Positions 55,115 through 64,000 of a stretch of DNA of 64,000 nucleotides are shown here, one piece after another. This DNA comes from an uncultured Candidatus Peribacteria bacterium (GTDB lineage Bacteria; Patescibacteriota; Gracilibacteria; BD1-5; UBA2023). The stretch is taken from contig CAZKLD010000004.1 in NCBI GenBank assembly GCA_964553745.1, positions 32,945-96,944 of the forward strand. The letters are read 5' to 3'. Both the position numbers and the translations under genes were made by a program. The notes under the pieces were generated by a model. That model worked only from the letters and a program-made list of their open reading frames with translations. It was not told the DNA's origin and ran no database searches. Position 1 is the first letter of the stretch; each line of letters begins with the position of its first letter.

Positions 55115-56434
55115 ATGCATAAACAGAAAAATACATTCCGACCTAGGAATATCAGAGCCTTCACCCTGGTGGAGCTCATAGTTGTTATCGTGATACTTGC
55201 CATACTATCGACAATCGCATTCATCTCTTTTTCTTCACAATCAAGCAGTGCAAGAGACGGGAAAAGATTGGCTGACATAAGCAATATCGTCAGTTGAATA
55301 TGAATGTTCCAGGCTTTATCCGGTAAACTGCCGATTCCCGAAAATAAGATTTCTATCACGGCCTCTTGAAATGTACTGGCTTATCAATGATATGCCAGCA
55401 AAAACATCCTTAATATGATAAAGCTTTCTGATTGATGAGCTGACCCTTTGGATGATTCTGCCTATACTTATTCCACCGATCCGAGCCAGAGCAGATTCCA
55501 GATAATATGATTTTTAGAGAGTTCAAACAATCCGGCATTAAGCCTTTTTCCTGCTTTCCCTATAAATGCAAGCGCTGATCCTTCGTCCTATTCGGGAAGA
55601 TATATTTATGCCAAATGAGATAGGATGACAGCATTGTTTGCAAGCTGAACAATGATTCCAGTTCAATCGCAATACGAAGCTTCTAGTTTTACGGGTGTTG
55701 ATGTATTGGCTTCAAATCAAGAATTAAGCGCATTGGTCGGTGACAATAAGGTGGTCAGTTGAACTTGAGTCGTTCTTAAGTCGATCATATGATGAATGTG
55801 ACTATTATGATATTGGAACTTCGATGAATGATCCTGAACAAAATCAAGCGATTACAGCGGCAATTGAAACAATGGTACGCTGACTTGATCAGTCCTGCCG
55901 ATCTGGACTTGATGAGTATTGTGAAAATCCCTATACTTCAATAACAGCCTTACGCAGACCTGATACTTTGACGTCGGGCCAAGCATGTCTCTTTCACCAC
56001 AATATCTCGATACGAATGTCTGGATGAAATCGGATTGAACTAATCCGAATCTATTGCCTACGACCAGACTATTAAGAAATAGGCTGTACGGATACTCTAT
56101 CGGTTACTCTTGATGAATAGTCACATGCAGTTGGACTTATTGAGTATCATTGTCGGCATCTGCCAGTCATGTCGCTGAGATAAAGGATGATCAGTGGCAT
56201 AACATCCATTGCAGCTATTCTCAAAACAGGCAAGCCATTTATGTAGATTGAATCAAGATAGTCGAATACAATAAACCAGTGCAGCCGATATATTACGTCT
56301 GAAATTATTTCTGAATTTGAAAAGACGCGAATTGATCCTGAGGATATTATTACTGATCGATAGATGAGGTCAGGATTTATAATCGGGTGCTGTCGGATTC
56401 TGAAGTGAGTCTTTTATACAAGATAGCGAAATAG
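55115..56434 (+). CDS. type IV pilin-like protein fused to a C-terminal LamG/concanavalin-A-like lectin domain, 439 aa
   Basis: Frame checked line by line. The prepilin signal is NIRA|FTLVELIVVIVILAILSTIAFISF. The C-terminal half has LLGYWNFDEGSGTKSSDYSGNGNNGTL...GKSLYFN...WHNIHCSY...IYVDG...IDEVRIYNRVLSDSEV, typical of Laminin_G_3 domains. Confidence 0.85.
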
Positions 56435-56462
56435 CGAATATTATAATTAAAAGCCAAATTGA

Positions 56463-57005
56463 ATGTCCGATAACCACTTGAGAATAAAGTCTATTCTGGA
56501 AGAGCTTTCTATACGTTTCGAGGAAATAGAGCATGAAATAAACCATACTTGCGAGGAATCAAAGAAATTCCGCGACGATCAGTGACTCGTTTGATTATGA
56601 AGCAAAAATATCGTCTTCCACTGCAAATGAAAATTTTACCTCGTTGTGACGCACTGAGACAAGCAGATAAAAGCAAGAAACTTCAAAAAAGTATTCTGAA
56701 GCAAGGATATCAGATTTGCCAGCCAAGAGGAGATAACACCGATTATCGGCTCGATGATCTGATCAATTCCTCCTTTTGGGTTCCTTGATAATGAGATAAT
56801 GATATTCGTGGACGCAGAGATATTTAAGCACGGATTCTTCATTTTCAACCCCAGCATCCCGACAAGAAGCATCAGGATTCCGTCACGGGAATTAAAAAGG
56901 ATTTACTGAAGCCTAGAAAACGAGGTCAGATATTTCATGCATGAAGATGAGAAATTTGAAATACTATCAGACTCTGATGTTGCTGAGCAAATCCCTTACA
57001 ATTAA
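56463..57005 (+). CDS. YbaK/ProX-like aminoacyl-tRNA deacylase domain protein
   Basis: ...FHCKGKFYLVVTHGDKQI...EEITPIIGSMIGSIPPFGF...IFVD. Confidence 0.65.
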
Positions 57006-57644
57006 ACCATTTATTCCGAAATGCGAAATTGCATCGCTCCTCTGGAATTTCTTTCATTTTGTGATTGCGAATTCCTCAAGCCTTCTTTTGGATAATTTTA
57101 TTACAGTCTCATCAGTCGGCACTCATATGAATTTCAGCTTTTCCCTTCTCAGAAGGTGGGGATTCTCGTGAGAGAATCCTTGCAGCACTTTCGCTGGGAC
57201 TATGTAGATAGAATCAAGTCACATTCTTGCGATGAATCACTCCATTCATAGCTCCTCATATATTTTAGTCGGATTCGGGCAATCATAAAAAACGAAGATA
57301 TAATATGTATCCTTGAGTTTTGAGAATCACTCTAACTGATTGAGCTTCAGGAGAGAGGAGTTTCACCTGTTTGCGCTCTTGATTTCAAAAAGATATCTCT
57401 TTCCGTCTTTCTCTACTGCGATGTCGGGGACTGTGGAGTCCGTATCTATAACTATTCATCAGAGCATCTTAGCGAAGAATTCTTCAAATATCCTGCCGAC
57501 GAAATTCTCGACTTTTTTTGACGGACGGATATTGGTGTACCCTAGCAGGTATCTCAACCTGTCCCTGAGCTGTTCTGAAATCAGGGATTTCCTTTCTGAT
57601 AACCTGTCTTTTCATGTCGTCGAGCGAATGCTATTTAATGCCAT
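56964..57644 (-). CDS. PD-(D/E)XK (Hjc/restriction-endonuclease-like) nuclease-fold protein, 226 aa
   Basis: Frame checked codon by codon. GRIFEEFFAKMLGGIVIDTDSTVPDIAVEKDGKRYLFEIKS carries the E...PD...E-x-K core at 57375-57431. The ATG overlaps the rsmE stop by 14 nt. The 3-prime end overlaps the convergent YbaK-like gene by 42 nt. Confidence 0.65.
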
Positions 57645-58329
57645 TTATAATTGAAAATGATAATGCAGGTCATATCGTTTCAGTCCTGAGGATCCTCTTT
57701 CAGAAATTCAGGCTCTCTATTCAGGCTTTCTTGAATGCTTCTAGTTCAGATTCGGAGAATCACCCCTCGGGTCAAACCAAGATATTGATTTCTTGTTTAT
57801 GCAACTCCCTTATATCGGCACTTCTCTCTCATCTTGTGTCGCAGACGAAAGACTTTCATTCCAGTTTGCCGGGATCTAGTTTCTCCATCACGGTAACTGT
57901 AGGGAAACGGTTTCAAGAGCATTGTTCGAGAGACTCTTTTATTATATTTTGAAATCTGGCAATCTTGTTTTCTGAGATTATCAGCTTTGAGCTCCTTTCT
58001 GATTTGAAGAATACAAAAGAGGAAATGCCCACCTCAACTCATTTCTGAAGGATAAAATCCATCTTTTCAAATTTATTCGGGATTGCCTGATAAAGTCTTA
58101 TTTTAATATTGGGATCAGCCTCATTCAAATGCTTTTCCTTCAGGTTCAGTGTTATTGATTTCTTGTTGATGCTGGCTATGGAATATCCGTATTCGTATGA
58201 GTCGCCATTGAAAATGATCACATCATCTCACAATCTCGACCTCAGGACATGGGAAATCTGATGGAAAAAATCCTTATCTTCAATTGATATTTCCTCATCC
58301 AGAGGCATGTCGAAATAAAATCTTTGCAT
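57631..58329 (-). CDS. rsmE: 16S rRNA (uracil1498-N3)-methyltransferase
   Basis: MQRFYFD..., HQISHVLRSRLGD, IRLYQAIPNKFEKMDFILQKGVEVGIS, ILVGPEGGFSESE, LGKRILRTETIG. Confidence 0.88.
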
Positions 58330-58493
58330 TGCTTGGAATTATATTTTTTTAAACTTGAATCAGTTTATTTTTTTTGCCCGAAAATCAAAATTATAATTTA
58401 TAAGATAATTTCATAAAATGGCAATCCTCATATTTTGCTATAAGATTCAATTTATGTTAAACTTTTAGAAATAAACATAAACAAAAACAAAAT

Positions 58494-60311
58494 ATGTGAT
58501 CCGATTTCTCCATAAAACCGATTGGGAAACCTTCAGAAGGCATTCCGGATGCTATGCCGATACAGGAACCAGTCATCGCACCATTAGTGAAGCCTTCTTC
58601 TCAGGCCAGGAAAACCAAGCAAGCCGCAGAGGTAGATTTTCCTATCACAAAGGAAAGAATGCAAGAGCCGGTTAGTGCCAAAACTGAGGCAGAAAACACG
58701 GAAATTATCAATTTCGATCCTGATTTCCTTGTTAAGGAGATAAAGGATGTGCTTAAAAGCCCGTCCCCGTTCACCCTTTTCAAGAAATCATCAGAATTGA
58801 AAGACAATTTCGCCAAATTCATAAACTATCTTGTAAAGAAGATTGCAATCTGATTCAGCTCTCAGGATAAGACGATGATAGACAGGATGTATGTGAATGC
58901 CAAGTATGAGAATGTGTGGATTGCAAACATGAAGAATTATCTAGAAGACTCAAAATATTTCGATATCAATCTTTATTTCAAGACGATAGTGTCTTTCCAG
59001 AAAGAATCCCAGTATCAGGCCAAAGCATTGCTGAAAATATACAAGAGGGAGCCAGAAAAATCAGTCAGGGAATTTTTGAAGAAATACAAATCAGGATTCA
59101 CTTATGAGGAAGTATTGAAAAATTACGCTTTCCTCCGAATCGAGAATCTAAGATGAAGTATCGAGCCGAAATATCTTGATGAAAATAAGATTTCAAGGTT
59201 CCTTGAGCAGATATATCTGCTGTCGGAGTCTGAAGGCATCTTCCAGATATTCAACCTTTCCCAAGATGAACTGAGGTCAAAATTCAGCGAAGTATATTCT
59301 ATATTTTCATACATAGCCAGAACCTATCTTAAGCAAGTCAGCTACAAAGACAGGCAAGTTATGACTTATCTGAGATATTCCAGAAATGAAGAGGTGATGA
59401 GGAAACTTGATATCCTGATGGCTGAATACATCCAGAATAAAACCTCTTTTTATAAGAAAGTCGTAAAGGTCATTTCTGAAAAGAATGAAACTGAAAGATG
59501 ATATTTCTGGAGCTATGTGAAGACAAGGATCATAGATTTGCACTATAAGCAAGTTTCCAGGCTATTCTACTGGGACGAACAAGCTTGCAGCAACAGAAGC
59601 GAGTGGGCGGCACTGAAGTGAAATTTCGTTTTTTCGGAAAAATCAGAATATTATACTGAAATCAAAGAAATACTCTCCTTCAAGCAGCTTATCCTAGAGC
59701 TCAATTCAAATCTGCTGGCACCTTTCCTAAAGCCGTTCATCTACTCCATCGTTTCCGAGAAGCTTGCCATAAGCAGGAAGGAGCTGCTGAAGATCCGTTA
59801 CCTGATGACACTTATCCTTTCGGAAAATTATCTCGAGTACAAGAAGATATATAATTTCTTCGAAGACATAGAGGCCTTCATGGATTACAATATAGATTCA
59901 ACATTTTCAGAGATTACGATCAATATCAAGAAATTCAAGATTTTTGCTGCAGACATACTGGTTTGAACCATATGACTAGTATGGCTATATCTCTATGCCC
60001 CGGTTTGAGTTTTCGCATGAAGCTTCATCCTGTCGGTCTCCTATCTGAGAGAGCACTTCAAGAGATTTTCCGCATGAGTGGAATGGAATCTTTGAATCCG
60101 TTCTTTTGCCACAGTGATGCTTATCGTATCGACGTTCTTTTGGATCACTAACCTGAATGCCACAAAAGTTGATTTGGCGAAGCTGTCGAGCAAAGTCGAG
60201 AAGATATGAATGTATAAGACGGACGAGACTGCAAGAATCGTAATCAGAAAAATCGATTCTTCCTGAATCAAAAAGGCTGTGGCCGATATCTTACAATCAA
60301 TAAAGAAATAA
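58494..60311 (+). CDS. hypothetical protein, 605 aa, with C-terminal transmembrane segments
   Basis: Frame checked line by line to TAA 60309-60311. It joins track ORFs 58554 and 58875. ATG 58494 is immediately followed by TGA; ATG 58554 is an alternative start. C-terminal helices are GLVWLYLYAPVGVFAGSFILSV and SFATVMLIVSTFFWI. Confidence 0.7.
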
Positions 60312-60392
60312 AAGATGGACTTTAATTCGGATAATATAATTAGCAATAAGCACACTGGATTCAATCGGGTAATTTGAGCATGCAGGAAAATC

Positions 60393-61829
60393 ATGAGCAT
60401 TGCCATTCTTCTGATTCTTCTATTCTCGAACCTATTCGTAGTAAATGCTGAACCATTCTATTTCCTGCCGAACCTGATGTCTCAGATAAGGTCTGAAATC
60501 AAGAAAAGAGACAATATCCGCCAGAAGCTGGATTTTCTTGATGAGACATATTTAAAGTTGTCCACCATTGAAAATGCAAACAAAAAAATGATACTTTCGG
60601 ATATCAAGGATTTCAAAAGGAATTTCATCTTTTCATATATCAGAGAATATACTGCCGATAAATACCTGACTTGAACATGAGTCCAGGATACGGTGAAGCA
60701 GACAAGGAGATATTATCAAGCCATTAAACTTAGGGATATCACTGCTGATATCCATCCGAATTATCTCGCTAAGCTGGAGAACATCATTAGAGAGAAGTCT
60801 GCCTTAGACGAAGAGTCTCCGACATACAAGACTTACATCTATGTCCTTTATTCTTATCTGAAAAATAGGGATACGATAACTGAGACCACGGAATCTGCCC
60901 TTTCGTCAATGTGAAATTTCGGGAAGAGCCGAGAATTCATTGAAAATAGGGATTATTATGAATCAAAATTCGAGAAATTCCATGCATTAGAAAAACCGAA
61001 TGTCTTGAGCAAGAATGATTTCACCCGGATTTATACGCGCATCTCCTCACAGAAAATATCGCCATGATCCGATTATATGAAATGATTCCTGTACTGGTAT
61101 GCGACATACAAGAAGGCTCTCTGAAGCAATTCATTGATTCTGAATACAGACTTTTCCCATTCGAAGCAGGCATATGCCCTGAGCTGTGAGGCTAATTCAG
61201 CAAAGGATCTTATCAATTATTATAATTCAAAGCACTCTGTTCCCCTGGTTTCAGAAGACGTCATACTTGGGGCATTGCCAGCATTCACATGAGCATTGAG
61301 CAAGGATGGAACAGGATCAAACATATGGGAAGATCCATCATTGATGTTTGTCTGATCTGTCTATTGAAAACAGAGCTCCAATTTGAATAATTTCACATGA
61401 TATTGAGTGTATGCGGCTCCTATCGTAAATGCGATAAATCCTCATCTTGCCACAAAGAAGCTCCAGGCTACCAGGGTATCGGTGAATGAGAAAGCCATCA
61501 TGGAATCAGTCATTAACGAAAATCCTGTGATGTTCTGGTATCTTACTCCAGTGATAAAATGAAAGCAAACAGCATATGAGACAAGACCGACTGTCTGGAC
61601 AACTCCAGCATGAAAGACTGTAAATTGATATCTGTGAGAGCATACTTGAATATTGGTCTGAGTAGATCTGAGCAAGGACGGGAAAATCGAGAATGTCTAT
61701 TACTATGAATGAAAGAGCCTGGAGATGCTGAAGATGCCTATGGAATTATTCCTCCAGACAACATCTTTCTTCAATGAAATGATAGTCATAAATAAGCTTA
61801 ACGGTTCAAAAAAGCTAACTTTAAAATAA
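60393..61829 (+). CDS. secreted YvpB-like peptidase C39-like (C39_2) domain protein, 478 aa
   Basis: Frame checked. The signal peptide is MSIAILLILLFSNLFVVNA. YALSCEANSAKDLINYY (catalytic Cys context), DPSLMFVGSVYG...TGYGVYAAPIVNAIN, NGYLGEHTGILVGVD (His). An alternative upstream ATG lies at 60315. Confidence 0.75.
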
Positions 61830-61993
61830 TTGAAATAAAATATAAGAGATTCCGTATATATAGAGGCATCTCTTAATCTTAAAAGGTCTATAGCAATAAC
61901 AGGCCTTTTTGTATTATTTTTATTTTATAATCTTATTTATTGCTATTAGAATTTTATCATTAAACTATTTTTTATCTTCTAAATTTCTTAATC

Positions 61994-63802
61994 ATGAATG
62001 TGAAAAAATTTTTTTATTGAGCAAAAATTCTTGTCAGGAATCTTTTAAGATTGGACAGATTCTTCTGGAAAGATCTTAAGAAATATATAATCTCCATTTA
62101 TGTCATAATGGTTTTGGACGTATGATTCAATTTCATATCGAGGTGATCTCAGGCAATCATAATCAACAACCTCATACAGATTGCGAATTGAGTGACTTTG
62201 GAGAGAAGAACAATAATCATCCTCGCAGTCGTTCTTGTCGCCACCCTCATCTTGCCGAGCTTCATCAATATAGTAAGCTGATTCTATAGGCTTGTGATCT
62301 GGAGGAAAATAGACGAACTCATAAATCTCACATTCATCAGGAAAAAAGCGAGCTTCGACCTGAATCAATTGGAAAACACCGCTAACACAACCCTTTTCCA
62401 GAGAGTCCAGGAAAACATGTGGAGATTCAGGTCATATTTCTATACCCAGTTCGACATTTCAGGCTCTATTTTCAACCTAGTCGCAATTCTTTTCACCCTT
62501 ATCCTGATAAAGCCCGTTGTCGCATTGGTCATCTTGGTCTTCACTCTGCCAGAGGCCATCTCCAAGCTAAGCATCTCAAAGCATGTGTGGACCATAGACA
62601 ATCTCCACTGACCGATCAAGAAGAAATACAATTACCTTAAGGGCCTATTCTTCCAGTGGAATCCTATAATGGACATCAAATTCAGCGGGAATATAGATTT
62701 TTTCACAAATAAGATAAGAAAAATAATCGACCCATTCCTTATCGAGCAGTACAAGAATGATAAGAAGAGATCGATAAACTCAGCGATGACAATATTTATC
62801 TCAAAGGTGGGGATAATCATTTCGGCATTCATCCTCATTTATGCGGTCTACAACAAGGAGATGCAGATAGGTACGTTTGTCTTCCTGTACGGACTTATCG
62901 CATCTTTCCAGTCGAGCCTGAGCTTCTTCTTCTGATATATAGTCCAGCAATATGAGGACAATCTCTATGTGGAAGAATATTTCCAGATACTCGATATGAA
63001 GAACGAGATGCGGTTCTCACAGAATCCGATTGTCCTGCCCGCAAAAATCACACCGAAGATCGAGCTCAGAAACGTGAGCTTCTCATATCCCGACAAGGAC
63101 AAGGAGATATTGCACAAACTCAACCTCACCATAAATCCGTGAGAGAAGATAGCTATCGTATGAGTCAATTGAGCCGGTAAATCCACGCTGGTGAAGCTCC
63201 TTACAAGGTTCTATGATACGACCGGATGAGAGGTGCTTATAGATTGAAACAATATAAAAGATCTGGATTTGCAGTCTTGGTGGAGCCAGGTTAGCTATAT
63301 GCAGCAGGATACGCCAAGCTATATGTTTGAGGTCAAGCAATCGATAGCCATGAGTGATACAACAAGGAATATCGACATGAAGAAGGTCGAAAACGCCGCC
63401 CAGATGTCGCTTGCCCATGATTTTATAAAGGAATTCAAAAATTGATATGCTCAGCAGCTGTGAAGGAATTTCGATGACGGTGAATCGCTCAGCTGATGAC
63501 AATGGCAGCGCATGAACCTAGCGCGGATCTTCTATAAGGATCCGCAAGTATACATACTCGATGAGCCGACATCAGCCATGGATGCGGAAGCTGAATCCAA
63601 AATATTCGAAACTCTCGCGAATCTGCCGAAGGATAAGACCGTAATATTCATATCTCATAGATTCTCCACAATCAGGCAGGCAGACAGGATATGCGTCATC
63701 GAAGATTGAAATATAATCGAAGTCGGAAGCCATAAAGAGCTTATAGCTAACAACAAGAGCTACAAGAGACTCTTCGAACTCCAGGCGAAAGGATACGCTT
63801 AA
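61994..63802 (+). CDS. ABC exporter, fused permease/ATPase (MsbA/type I exporter architecture)
   Basis: Six-TM N-terminal half, then IVGVNGAGKSTL (Walker A), LSGGQWQRMNLAR, YILDEPTSAMD, ISHRFST. It joins track ORFs 62294, 62669 and 63512. Confidence 0.92.
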
Positions 63803-63818
63803 GAAAAAGAGAAATTGT

Positions 63819-63847
63819 AAAAGAGACCTTAAAAGGTCTCTTTTTTG
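63819..63847 (+). terminator. rho-independent terminator
   Basis: AAGAGACCTT / AAGGTCTCTT stem followed by TTTTGAC. Confidence 0.7.
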
Positions 63848-63897
63848 ACTAAAAATCAGGAATATGTTAAAATTCTAAGGATTAACTTTTCTAAAAA

Positions 63898-64000
63898 ATG
63901 CACAGAGAACTTATAGAAAAACTGAAACAATATTGATTGTCCGAAAAGGAATCGAAGGTTTATCTGGTTTCGCTTGAAATGTGAACGAGCATCGTCAGCA
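63898..64000 (+). CDS. TrmB-like HTH transcriptional regulator, N-terminal fragment (runs off the right edge)
   Basis: MHRELIEKLKQYGLSEKESKVYLVSLEMGTSIVS matches the TrmB-family N-terminal wHTH pattern. Confidence 0.6.

Noticed and set aside
57340-57952. Plus-strand track ORFs 57340..57654 and 57614..57952
   Set aside because: They are antisense to the PD-(D/E)XK nuclease-like gene and to rsmE, both of which have clear motifs on the minus strand.
1-64000. Alternative explanations for the TGA interruptions: mycoplasma-type code 4 (TGA=Trp), selenocysteine, or mass pseudogenisation
   Set aside because: The TGA positions fall on invariant glycines of P-loops and SAM-binding motifs, not on Trp positions. 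There are dozens per gene with no SECIS-like context. All genes remain perfectly free of TAA/TAG, which decaying pseudogenes would not.
1-64000. Search for CRISPR arrays, IS elements or integrases, and rRNA/tRNA/tmRNA/RNase P/SRP RNA signatures
   Set aside because: No repeat-spacer periodicity, no transposase or recombinase motifs, and none of the conserved RNA core sequences were seen by eye. A covariance-model scan is still advisable for the few long intergenic regions (504-797, 12330-12850, 16302-16672, 32367-32566).

Overview
AT-rich bacterial chromosomal segment that only makes sense if in-frame TGA is read as glycine (translation table 25). That code is used by Gracilibacteria/BD1-5 and Absconditabacteria/SR1, so this is a CPR/Patescibacteria-type genome. 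Under the standard code of the supplied ORF track only one long ORF survives (12851..16231). Re-reading by hand with TGA=Gly gives about 52 tightly packed genes on both strands.

Recognisable housekeeping genes: S41 Ctp-like peptidase (partial), comFC, uvrA, nrnA, a pseudouridine synthase, mnmA, der, a short prmC-like methyltransferase, era, an Rrf2 regulator, trxA, a MiaB/MtaB-type methylthiotransferase, fmt, rsmE and a YbaK-like deacylase.

Envelope genes: an M23 peptidase-SLH fusion, two GT4 glycosyltransferases, an 1126-aa SLH-anchored S-layer-like protein, a PLD-type lipoprotein, an O-antigen-ligase-like protein, a WecA/MraY-family transferase, DedA, and two type IV pilin-like genes (one fused to a LamG-like domain).

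Most unusual observations:
- An 11-kb ORFan island (34.5-45.6 kb) encodes 2044-aa and 1050-aa proteins.
- Two tandem paralogous radical-SAM genes sit next to a CxxC-tagged peroxiredoxin; the second copy has a non-canonical CX3CX3C motif.
- The S-layer gene completely avoids the reassigned TGA codon and has a roughly 400-nt structured leader.
- A PD-(D/E)XK nuclease-like gene overlaps both of its neighbours.

No rRNA, tRNA, CRISPR array, transposase or integrase was recognised. All homology statements are motif recognition by eye; no searches were run. Stop codons and reading frames were checked codon by codon for most genes. Start codons, promoters and terminators are less certain.
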